Under the pieces are notes generated by a model. It ran no database searches. It saw only the letters and a list, made by a program, of their open reading frames with translations, and had not been told where the DNA came from. A stretch of 54,209 nucleotides of DNA, the filler included, from Cladosporium halotolerans (taxonomy: Eukaryota): assembly GCF_011745625.1 (NCBI RefSeq). It is 2 parts of 2 records of this genome, joined end to end, with 100 filler letters (N's around TTAATTAATTAA, not from the genome) between each part and the next. Parts side by side here need not be neighbours in the genome. Positions count along the whole stretch, not along the records: positions 1 to 27,303 come from NW_027191533.1; 1 more part is not named here. One strand, given 5' to 3'. This document shows, piece after piece, positions 11,239-23,755 of the stretch (position 1 is its first letter; every line of letters begins with the position of its first letter). A program made the translations under genes and the position numbers.

Positions 11239-13093
11239 TCACTGTTCCGAAAAGTAGTGGGATACCAGAGGATCGTAAGTCGCGTTCCCGTAAGCCGAAC
11301 CTCCGAATTCAAGATAGCCCGAGGAATATGGCTGCGGGTACCGGTCGGTAATCTGGGAAGCGTTGCCCATTGTCCAAACCGACTGCATACCTGTTCGAAA
11401 GCGACTCACACGTTAGCGGCGACGAAAGCAGACTCGAAAATCGCGAAGCGGCGGAAAACTTACCCATGATCATGTGCTGCAGGCTGTGACAATGCATCAA
11501 GAAGACGCCGGCGTCTTCAACCTTGAGCCTCCAGGCTCTCCACCCGCTGGTGCTGTTGGCCGCACCTATCGACCCGTATCTGTACAGCAAAGTCGTGTCT
11601 CGCTTGATTGGAGTGTACCCTTCCAGCCTCCTTGCATTATTGTCCTCGTCGTAGGTTCCGTTCCCACTGCCAATATCCCATATATGGCCGCCGTGCACGT
11701 GCAGAGGGTGTGTGTGGAATTGCGGATCCGGAATGTTGCTGTTTTCCCAGATTATGTCAATCACCTCGCCAATCTTCGCCGGGAAGATCTGGTTCGCCGG
11801 ATCCCAGCCGCCATTGGCTAAGGCTGCTTCGTAACTTGGCATTGCGGCCTCGCCATGCTTGTAGATGTCGACGAGGTACGGGCTGCGGGGAATGTCTTCG
11901 TTCCAAGAGTTGTCATTGAACGCCCACTTCGCGGTAGTCGAGAAGTCGCTGCCGTTCCAGATCCCTTGCTGGGTGACTTTGATCCTCAGGGTTCTGGTCG
12001 GGGACCGAAGGAAGTCATCAGTCGATGCCAACGGCTGGAGCGAATATTCGAGCCAATCATATACTGTCTCTGGGAGAGAGACAGGCGATTTGGTGGGGAC
12101 GGTCTGAGGGCTCTCCGCGTCGGGGAGATCGTACTGCAGCAATGCATAGGCATACCAATCTTTGCGGCGTTCGCGGTTCTCGAGCCCTATCCAGAACGAG
12201 GACCTGTTCGTCTCGCGCAATTCTACCTCTGACATGGTGCGTAACAATGCGCTGAACCTCTGGCCTGGGGCTACATTGATATGGTCGGTCGAGAATGGTT
12301 GGGAGTACGTGCCGTCGGCCTCGATGATGGTAAGATTGGCGTGCGACTCTATACCCAGGGTCACGATGGTTTTCGCGGTTGCACCGATGAAGCGAAGGCG
12401 GTATGTTTGCCCGGGTCTCACGCGGAGCACGTGTGGGGCGCATGACGAATCTGCTGCGCCGCCCAGTCCCGAGTGTCCTGTTTGTCCGTTGACGACGATC
12501 GAGGTCACTGCGCCGGCTCCATCGAAAGGATCTGCTAGGAGGCCTGAAACAATCTGTTCATCGGTGTGGTTGTAGTAGTCACCCATCACCAAGGTGATAT
12601 CCTCGATGTACTCGTACGGGGGAGTACCACGATCTTCCACGATGAGGGCGCCATGCGCGGTGATAGACTGGTAGCCAACGTGAGAGTGGTAGAAGTAGGT
12701 GCCGGCGTCGCCTATCTCTGGCCTAACCTCGTAGTCGAAGAAGTGCCCAGGGGCGATGGGCCATTGGGAGACTTGCGGTGTACCGTCCGAGAAGGGGGCC
12801 ATGCGTTGTGTCAAGCCGTGCCAATGGATCGTCAAGTTTTGATCGAGGATATCGTTGTACACCCGAATCCAGTGCGTTTTCCCCTCTCGCAAGCGAATCG
12901 TGGGGCCTGGATCAGTGCCATTGACGACGACGGAGGAAGGGCGAGCGTGACAATTGATAGTGAGGTTCTCGGACGTCGCGCGAAGGATGTGATGTGGCGT
13001 AAAATGACGATCGTGTACATGGCGTGCCGCGGAAGACAGGACACCATGAAGGCCGCACGCCAGGAACGGCAGCAGAGATAGGAATGACAACAT
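11239..13093 (-). CDS. Secreted multicopper oxidase, fungal ascorbate-oxidase type; one intron at 11463-11391
   Basis: Signal peptide and all four copper motifs (HWHG, YHSH, HPLHVHG, HCHSLQHMIMGM). The intron GTAAGT...GCTAAC...ACAG restores the C-terminus GMQSVWTMGN...YFSEQ*. Confidence 0.92.
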
Positions 13094-13753
13094 GTGTATA
13101 CGCGCGCGTGTGGGTGGCGTTCAACGACAGTGAGGCCGCGAGGGACGATTGTTCCAAGTTACTTATGGCAGCGAACGGCAATCAACTTCCGAAACCCGCG
13201 CATGATCTTTTCCTTTCCTGTTGCGATCAAACAGCCTCGGAACACAAACATAGACTAAAGTGTCGATCACATGGAAACACTATGCTTGTCCTGCATGATC
13301 AACACGGTAGCGCTGTGCATTTACACGCGAAAGATGCTATGTGACACTGAAAAGGGTCCAGCTGGTCCAGCTTCGCCGGGAGAGTGGGTCAGGTAGTTTC
13401 ACCCGGGGACGCACCGGGCTTCTCCAAGACCCCGACAGTATCCTCGGGCCTCAAGGATCCTTGAGCCAAGTATAATAGTGTGGTAGGCTTCCCTGGGAAA
13501 ACTCCATTGCCGAAGCCAAGCCGCCACTGGCTCGATGTGTTTCTCCTTCGGGGGCCTCCCGCATCCCAGGCAAGAGAACACGGAGTCAAAGAATCGACAC
13601 CAATCACCTGTGAGTTCAAGTCTGCGCGTATGCTTATCCTCATGCCTCAAGCTCGCTCCTTTCATTTCTCCCGAGACAGTCAGGGGACGATGAGACATAG
13701 GTCATGTAGGTACTGACACGTCACAGCGTACGCAAACCCCAAGTGCCCCCATC

Positions 13754-14023
13754 ATGTCCAGCATCAAGGCGAGGGCATATTTCGCGGCACCATTGCGTAT
13801 AGATACGCTGCTCGAATTGGAGCTCCTCATCTTGACTTTCGGCATCAGCATACAAGACGCCATCGCCTTCCCGGACTTCAAACGCTTTGCTTCGAACCAA
13901 ACCGGAAACACGGTCGTTTTGGCCGTCGGTGCACCTGGTCTCGGCGGCGATCAATTCGACCTGCGTAACATTGGCGTCAGCCTGAGCACGTTCATCGCGG
14001 GCGCCACGATGACGGGCCAATTC
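13754..14023 (+). pseudogene. 5' part of a DUF1275 (YoaK-like) membrane protein, truncated by the deletion shared with SQR
   Basis: LLILTFGISIQDAIAFPDFKRFASNQTGNTVVLAVG matches the fungal DUF1275 N-terminus. After MTGQF the reading runs into antisense SQR sequence. Confidence 0.75.
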
Positions 14024-15170
14024 AGGGTGGGCGCCTGGGCCTGCATGGCACTAAGCAGGTTAGACACTACGACTGGCGCCTGGGCGGTGATGGCAGCGGG
14101 TGTTTTAGATGTTGGTAAGCCGGCGGCATCGCCACAATACCACACGTTTGGATATTTGTTGTGTCGAAGGGTGGCGTCATTCACATCTACGAATCCAGCT
14201 TCGTTCGCCAATACGCTCTCCTTGACAAAGGCGTGGGGCCCCATCTTGGGGACGGCATGCAAGAGGTCGAAGTGCCTTCTCACCTCGCCCTTACCGTCGG
14301 CCTGTGCAAGGACGGCGGTATTGCCTTCGATGGCGACCAAGTCATGCTGGAACAAGCCCTCGACGTTCCTTTCCTCGCGGAGTTGGTTCAGCTTCTGGCT
14401 GTGTGCTGGCACTCCGAACATGACGGGCACGGCCGTTGCAAAAGCCATCTGAATGGGGGACGCGGCAGGATGATCCGCGTTGTAAAGTCCGGCTCGCTTC
14501 CACCCGTCCAGTGCAAGCCACATGATCTTCTGCGGGGCTCCGGCACATTTGACAGTGCCGGCAGGGTGAGTGAACAAGGCTTTGCCCTTGGCGAAGTCGG
14601 CGAGGTTACGGGCGGTCTTGTCGCAGATTTCGTAACTGTAGATGGACAAGACGGGAGCGTGAGGGTCAGAGACTGCATCCTGCAATCCGCGGATACTGTT
14701 GAAGTCGACCTTGATGCCAGGACAGACAACGAGATGTTCGTAGCTGATCTGCGCGCCGTTGCTAAGAGAGAGCGAGTGCTGATCAGGGTCGAAATCTCGA
14801 ACCTTGTCGTTGTAAAAGCGGACCTTGGCATCGACCATGTGCGCCAGCTTCTTCTTCAAATCATCTTTGTTCTTGAGGCCACCTCCGACGAGCGTCCAGC
14901 CAGGCTGGTAGTGGTGCACTGGGCCGGGTCGACGAGGGCGATATCATCGTGGGTGAAACGGCCGGAGCGGAGCAACTGGTTGCTGATGGTGATTCCAGCA
15001 CTGCCTCCACCCACAATAACCACCTTGTGGCTGCGTGAACTCGAGACGACGGGTGGCAAGTCGGCGCTGGAGGCGAGCGAGCGCCGTGGTTGGGAATTCA
15101 GGGCGCGAACACCAGAGCGCGCGGCGACGGAACGCGGGAGGTGCGAAAGAGTAGACAGACGAACAGGCAT
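14024..15170 (-). pseudogene. sqr: Mitochondrial-type sulfide:quinone oxidoreductase (SQOR/Hmt2-like), frameshifted and C-terminally truncated
   Basis: Arg/Ser-rich presequence, VIVGGGSAG FAD motif, DPAQ[W]HHYQPGWTLVGGG broken by a 1-nt loss (CAG TG CAC, ~14918), KCAGAPQK and LPTSKT. The YTSCP segment carrying the second catalytic Cys is absent. Confidence 0.9.
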
Positions 15171-15657
15171 GATGAATAGGATAATGTGGCTTGTGGAGAT
15201 ACAGTAGCGTATGGAGATGGGTTGATGGATGGATCAAAGGAATGAGAGGATTCGCATCGTGGCCATCAGCCAAGCCGGGGAGCGAAAGTCAGCATTATGT
15301 ACGAGCGCATCCTTGAATGCACATAACCCCGAATGCCCCAGGAGGCGACATGGCTCGACATGGAATCGTGAGATCACGATAATGCATCGACAATGCAACG
15401 ATAGCAATGAATAAGCAGTCTGCGAAGAAAAAAAGTCCCACACCACCCCTGCTGATAGGTCCCACAGCGCCACCGCTGCCACCATCCACCATCCACAGTG
15501 ATCCTTTAGCCTCGCCGACTTAGCCCGCGCAGGAAAAGGAGAAGGAGGAGGAGAATCATATAGCAGTAGTGAAAATGCCAAGACAATACCAAGGCCAGAG
15601 TCGCCGAAGCAAGGTAGACCTCCCCTTGTCCATAAGCACATCTTCGGACATACTAGA

Positions 15658-15658
<1 letters not shown>

Positions 15659-15693
<35 letters not shown>

Positions 15694-15706
15694 ACCCTGC
15701 CCTGCC
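15659..15706. repeat. (CCTG)n microsatellite in the divergent SQR/PDO1 intergenic region
   Basis: About 8 perfect CCTG units followed by degenerate copies. Confidence 0.9.
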
Positions 15707-15843
15707 TCGAATGGAATATGTTGCCTACATAGCAGTACCCTGCCCTACAAACCTACATAACTACTTATCTACTACCTGCACACACACGTAGCATACATAC
15801 CTAATCTCCCATACTGCTACAGAACCTGCCTACTACTACGGCA

Positions 15844-17030
15844 ATGATCATGACTCTTGCATCCTCCCTCCGCGCCGTCGGAAGTGCGCCTCAACTGTGC
15901 AAGTTGGCGAACCATTCCGTCGCATCGCTGGCCCGCGCCAGAGCCATGTCCACATGCCGTCAAACCTCGCTGTGTCTTGCCACCACAAAGTCCTGCACAA
16001 CCACGATCGCAACAACACTGTGTCGTCTACATCTCTCTCCCCGGCCACGGCGCACTCCGCACCTTCGCCTCGTCAACGCGTGCCCACCACGTAGATCCGC
16101 ATGCGGACGCTGCTACTACTAGCGAAGGCTCGTCTGTCCTCGAGCAGGACCCCACCGTGCACAACTCCTTCGACAAGGTGACCCGGCTCATGGCAGCACG
16201 TGGTAGCCGACCCAGCTACCTCCATCGCAGCCATCATAGATCCCGTCCTGACCTTCGACCCTATGACCGGCAAAATCTCGACAGAGTCCGCCGACGCACT
16301 CATGCAAGTCGTCAACGACAGTGGCTACAAAGTCGACCTGATCCTGGAGACCTACGCCCACGCGGACCACATAACGGCCGCCTCGTATCTCCAGCATCGC
16401 CTCAGCCGGGAACACGGCCGCCGGGCCCGCATCTGCATTGGCAGCCGCATCACACAGGTCCAGAAGATGTTCGGAGAGTGCCACAACATCCCGGCCCAGA
16501 ACTACGAGGGCTCATTCGATCAGCTGTGGGAGGACGACGAAACGTTCAAGATCGGCGATATCACCGCCAAAGCCATCCATCTGCAGGGCCATACCCCCGA
16601 CAACCTCAGCTACAAGATCGGAGGCAACGTGTTTGTCGGCGATTCAGTATTCAACATTGATCTCGGGTCCGCCCGCGCTGACTTCCCAGGCGGCAGCGCA
16701 GAGGCAATTTTTGACTCTGGCCGCAGGCTCTTTGCCCTGCCCGACGATACAAAGATCTGGATCGGCCATGACTATCCGCCCGAGGCACGCGACGAGCCCG
16801 TGCCCTTCATGACGGTCAAGCAGCAGAAGAAAACCAACAAGCACCTCCGCGATGGCACGGCAAAGCAGCAGTTCATAGAGATGCGTCGCACGCGCGACAG
16901 CACCCTAACGTCTCCGAAGCTGCTGTACCAGTTGCTGCAGATGAACATACGAGCCGGTCGACTGCCCGAGCCTACGGCGGCCGGCGAGCGTATGCTTCAG
17001 ATGCCGTTGAAAACCGAGGTTGCCTGGTGA
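15844..17030 (+). pseudogene. Persulfide dioxygenase (metallo-beta-lactamase fold, Blh/ETHE1-like) PDO1, degenerate
   Basis: Three frames are needed: presequence from ATG 15844, then LRTFASS...EQDPTVHNSFDKVT, then an extra C at ~16184 before GSWQHVVADP. The metal motif reads ETYAHADH (first His->Tyr). GHTPD, GDSV, ARADFPGG, GHDYP and NIRAGRLP are present. Confidence 0.85.
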
Positions 17031-17537
17031 TGTGTGGCTGGGGAAGGAAAGGCGTTTGTTGTCAATAATCGCGACACTGAACAGCAATGTCTGTTGGTAT
17101 TCTTTTTTTGATTGCGGGGCGAGCAATGCAAGTCAATCTCCACGCGAGCGACGGTTGGCGATGTTTCTATCTTCAGTATCTCGTGCATTCATTCATCCAT
17201 GGAACCAAGTGCGAACCTGATGATCTGCCTTCCATTTGGCGATTTCGTGCGGAAGCTCCGCGAAACTCTGGTAGGAAAAGAAGTAAGATTGCCACGAGGC
17301 TAAAGAGACTTTTCGCGAGCGCAAGAAAGCACGTGGGAAGCGTTGCTACCGTTTGCGTTTCGTTTGACATACGCGTGGAAAGGCTCAACGAAACCATACT
17401 ACTATTGAACGACCCCTACTCGGAAAAGTAAGAATAGAAAAAAGTAGCAGTCTCGTAAGGAGTGTAGTATCGAAACCACAGTACTTGTTTGGAAAGAGTG
17501 ACAATAAATATATAAGAAAGGGCAAGTAAAATTTCGC

Positions 17538-19708
<2,171 letters not shown>

Positions 19709-20105
19709 CGAGCACCGAAGGCTGATGTAGTGCTAGTGAGAATTGGTGGTATGTTAGGCGCAAAGCACTCGAGACATGCTACTGTATGTACGTTAGCAGT
19801 AAACTCGAACTGTGTTTGCCACGATTAGTCATGTAAATCCGCTTATGGCAGGTCGAGCGACTCCCGCGCTGCCGAACAGGAGCACAGATTGTGTCACGAG
19901 TGTCTGCACTGTAGGCGGGTACCTAACTGCCTACGAGCACTCTTATCGCTGACCTCCACATGATGCCGTTACTGGTCCCCGTAGGTCTTCAACGCTCACT
20001 CCCTCCCTCACCTTCCCACTTCCCCGGCAATCCCGATATCGGCATTTGACGTCATCGTGGCACAACGCAGCACAGCACATCATGTACACTCATCTATCTG
20101 TCTGT

Positions 20106-21388
20106 CTACACATGGCACCAGCGCTTAGCCGCATGCTCGGCGTAACAATCGCCGAACCCTAGCTGAGGGAGCCTCAAGTAGTACTCGCCCTGTGGTGTAG
20201 GTTTCGGCAGGCGTCCTCCGCGCATGTTGATCTGCAGCGAAGCATGCAACAGCTCCGGGTCGCCCAAGCCAGCATCTCGCTCATCACGCATTTGCTGGAA
20301 CGCTTGCTCCGTAACGTGCTCGTGCACATGGCGGTTGCCCTGCCTCTGCTCTTCCACGCTCATGTACGGCACGGGGCATCGACGTTCGGCCGCGCTGGGA
20401 TCATCGTGTCCGGTCCACAGCTTGTGACGGCTCGGAAGCCCGAGTAACTTACGTGTCGACTTGTACAGTGCTTTGGAGCTGCCCCCGGGAAAATCGCAGC
20501 GCGCAGTGCCCAGGTCGGCGTTCAAGACGGAATCGCCACAAAACACATTTTCTTCGAGGCCAAAAGCACTGTCAGCGAGTCCGAGTGAGAGCATCATCAG
20601 TGACGCTTTGGGTTGGGGCCGACCTTACCTCCAATGATGTAACCCACGTGATCTGCCGTGTGGCCGGGAAGGTGCACGATTCTCGCTTCGAGCTCGCCAA
20701 TGGGAAATACCTCGTCGTCTTCCAGAAGTCGATCGAAAGCACTGCTCAACTCGGCGCTTGGGACACCATATTTTGGCCCGAAAAATTGTTGAGCATCGCG
20801 AATTCGGCGGCCGATGCAGACAGCCGGCCTGCACGCCTGGTGTGGCTCGAGAACGCTCTGGAGGTATGAAGCGGCGGTCACATGGTCTGCATGGACATGC
20901 GTCTCTAGGATGTGGACGATTCTGTAACCTTTCTTCTTGACCAGTGATACCAGGCGGTCTGCGGTCTCGGTAGTGACGGTCCGCGTGGCTGCATCAAAGT
21001 CCATGACCGGGTCGATGATGACAGCATCCAAGGTATTGGGGTCCGCGACGATGTATTGCCAGGTGCCTGTTTTGGGGTGATGGACGCTATCGACTGTGGC
21101 CATCGGCGTTGTGATCTCTGTGTGCACGCTGTTGGGGGCGTCAAATACTAGCTCGGCCCTGTCCATGAAGTGTCGATCGAGATAAATCTCGAAACGCAGA
21201 AGGGACGACCATTTACTTTGATCTGTCCAGGGCTGGTGTTGCAAAGACGCTACTCGAGGGCAATAGGCGAGACTGCTTGTGCCGATCTGGCGTTTGCCCA
21301 CAAGTGAAGGCTTTGGATTGGAAAGTAATGGCTTCGGGGATGGTTTCTGCCGAATGGAATTGACACGCAAGAAGCGAAGGCAGCTCAT
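20106..21388 (-). CDS. Persulfide dioxygenase PDO2, apparently intact; one intron at 20628-20552
   Basis: Basic presequence, KTGTWQYIVADP, ILETHVHADH and HLPGHTADH. The intron GTAAGG...GCTGAC...GAAG gives IG-ENVFCGDSV. ARCDFPGGS, GHDDP (usually GHDYP) and LQINMRGGRLP follow. Confidence 0.9.
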
Positions 21389-21561
21389 GTTTGGGATTTT
21401 CGATGGTATCTACAATAATAATGGTGCACGTCTTTGTTGTACATACATGTATGAAAAGGAAAAGGCTGGCAAGGTTGGCGAAGCCCACTCCAGTAGCTAC
21501 TTTCCAGGCACGTATAACATGTACTCGTGGTGGGGTCACGAGCCTCCATGTACCTAGCTAC

Positions 21562-21594
21562 CTTAAGTCGCCGAGATAAAGCATCGGCCTTAAG
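21562..21594. promoter_or_regulatory. Imperfect palindrome upstream of PDO2; candidate Zn2Cys6 site
   Basis: CTTAAGTCGCCGA-gataaagca-TCGGCCTTAAG. An equivalent palindrome lies at 23613-23645 upstream of the RIP'd paralogue. Confidence 0.5.
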
Positions 21595-22015
21595 CTCAGC
21601 ACTTGCGAGGCACCTTATCAGCTCATGCTCATACTTGCTCCTCTTGAGACAGATCTGCATGCTTGTAGATCGTGACTGTACGAGCCCACCCTGAAAGCTT
21701 ACTCTGCTCACGACGAGTCGGACTACACGGAGTCCCCGAGATTCGGTGTTACTGTTTTGCGGGCATCCCGAAGTCACCGAGAGTGGCACATTCCTGTCTG
21801 GTCTCAGGGACTTGAAAATTAATTACATTGCTATGAGACCGGACGCCAGCCTTGATCTAGAGTTTGAGTTTGATAAATCAAAGCATTTGTATACCGTGTC
21901 TCGAACATCCCAGACACCCCCACCTCAACAGCGTCCACACGACAAGCGATTAGGGAATCAGTGCAGCCCGAACATTCGACTACCTAAAAATTTCTATTGA
22001 ACGTTCTTCAACGCC

Positions 22016-22174
22016 ATGGCATCCGCATCAGTAATGACTGCTGTTACGGGTACTGATTTCGGTGCGGCACTCGCGGCTTTTGGCGCAAACATGCCCTTGG
22101 TAAATTATTGATCAGCTCCGTCCAACCAACTTCCACATAGTCCATGTACTTGCGACAGTTGTGGGACCGAGCGC
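22016..22174 (+). pseudogene. Relic first exon of a YeeE/YedE-family sulfur-compound transporter
   Basis: With one frameshift at ~22103 it reads MASASVMTAVTGTDFGAALAAFGANMPLV/IIDQLRPTNFHIVHVLATVVGPSA, then a GT donor. This resembles the GxxFGAAL...PxVIxxQ...FHM start of fungal YeeE/YedE proteins as I recall it. Confidence 0.55.
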
Positions 22175-22215
22175 GTAAATAAGACCGGTGCCATTGCGAT
22201 ACAAGGCGTACATAA

Positions 22216-23313
22216 TTATCTCACCCTCAGATTCCCGACCTCGCCGTAGCCGTTGTAGCAAACTCCTCTCAGATTCCAGCTTGAGGGCTGTGGTTGTGTA
22301 TTTCCTCCTTTGTCTGTGGCCCTGCCGAATACCGCTCGGTCTTCTCCAGGCTCAAGCTTCAGTTTCGTTTCCCATAACTTCCAGGTCCACTTGCTGTCTT
22401 TTTCGTGGGGGAGCAACTGCGCTTCGGACCAATCCTCACCATCGGCGGAGACCTCAACTTTGACGACGGGTCCGTCGTCTCCGCCCGGCAAGGCATACCC
22501 CTTCACCACCGCGTAACCAAGCCGATCTAGTTCAACTGTGCTTCCGCTCTCCGGCGACACCACCACGGAAATTACAGGCATTTCCATCAGAGGCGGTGTG
22601 TCCCGCCAGAACGGCTTTGCGCTCTCCGAGTCAACCACCTCTTCAGGCAACACTTTGTAATCAAAGTGCATGTAATGGTTGCTGCTCATTCCACGCTGCA
22701 CCGTAATGTGATCAAGCCACTTCACCGATCTCGCACCTGCAACTCCCGGTATCAAAGCCCGCACTGGAAATCCATGCTCTCTCGTCAGCGGCTGGCCGTT
22801 CATCATCAAGGCCAATATCACGTCCGCGTCCTCACGCAGGACTCTGCTCATGGGAATCGATGATCCGAACCAGCCTGCGTCTTGGCAAGGCACTGCGTTA
22901 CACGCGAAGGCCACGCTCATGTCGTTGTCTTCGTGACGCACGCCGGCAAATAGCAAGACGTCTCGCACTCTGGGCCCACGCCAGACACAGTTCATCACAG
23001 CGCCAGAACCCCAGTCTATCCCTTGCACTTCCTTGAGCAGAGTCCGCATGGTATGGCGACGATTGCCTGCGCATTGCAGAGCGGAGGTGACCTCGTGTTG
23101 AACAAAGTTATTGTACAGATCGTTTATTGTGAGAGAGAGAGGCTTCAAGACCAGACCATCGATTCGGACGCTATGCGTGGATACGTCAAGCTCGCGAGGA
23201 ATAGAACAGTGGTTGCGGTCATAAGGCTGAATAGGTAGAGATGTAATGAATGAGGATATCAGAGTTTTTGAATCGGGCTCGCGGTTGAGGGGAGATGCCT
23301 CTGGGTCGGGCAT
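22216..23313 (-). CDS. Sulfite oxidase family molybdoenzyme (Moco and dimerisation domains, no cytochrome b5)
   Basis: PLNREP, YDRNH, LQCAGNRR (Mo-ligating Cys), HGFPVRALIPGVAGARSVKWL and WNLRGVCYNGY in an uninterrupted 365-aa ORF. Confidence 0.93.
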   Translation of the reverse strand: MPDPEASPLNREPDSKTLISSFITSLPIQPYDRNHCSIPRELDVSTHSVRIDGLVLKPLSLTINDLYNNFVQHEVTSALQCAGNRRHTMRTLLKEVQGIDWGSGAVMNCVWRGPRVRDVLLFAGVRHEDNDMSVAFACNAVPCQDAGWFGSSIPMSRVLREDADVILALMMNGQPLTREHGFPVRALIPGVAGARSVKWLDHITVQRGMSSNHYMHFDYKVLPEEVVDSESAKPFWRDTPPLMEMPVISVVVSPESGSTVELDRLGYAVVKGYALPGGDDGPVVKVEVSADGEDWSEAQLLPHEKDSKWTWKLWETKLKLEPGEDRAVFGRATDKGGNTQPQPSSWNLRGVCYNGYGEVGNLRVR

Positions 23314-23755
23314 GTTGAGTTGCGGATCTTTTGGTTTATTGATGGTGGGAGGCTTGTCGAAATATAGCTAGCCTCGGTATTCAATGATAGGACCCACTAT
23401 TCATGAGATGGGAGTTGTCACGACAAGTGCAAGACTCGACTAGGGCTATCTTGCCACTCAGGTGTTTCGAGTATAGCTAGATCTAGTCCTGAAGGTTAAG
23501 CTCGCATGAAGTCATAGATATGTCATCACTTCGGATAAATGCCCGAACGCGGCGAAGCTATACTAGTCTTTCTAATATCGACTCTCTACGTTAAATAGTT
23601 TCGGAGTAGAAACCTAAGGTCCCCGATAGATATCGGCGACTTAAGTTTAAGACCTTTCCTTAAGTACGCGTCTCGAACTACTAGGGCCCGCCTTCCTATT
23701 TATAGGCATAACCAAATTATGTATTCTTATTATAGATACTAATAGCTACTTAACT

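Noticed and set aside
14161..15207. 348-aa + strand ORF, and the full 232-aa ORF at 13754-14452
   Set aside because: These are antisense shadows of the GC-rich SQR gene; only the first ~90 codons of the 13754 ORF look like real coding sequence.
21129..21216. Possible extra intron in PDO2 (GTAAAT...CAACAG)
   Set aside because: Removing 88 nt would break the frame, and the unspliced sequence is already open.
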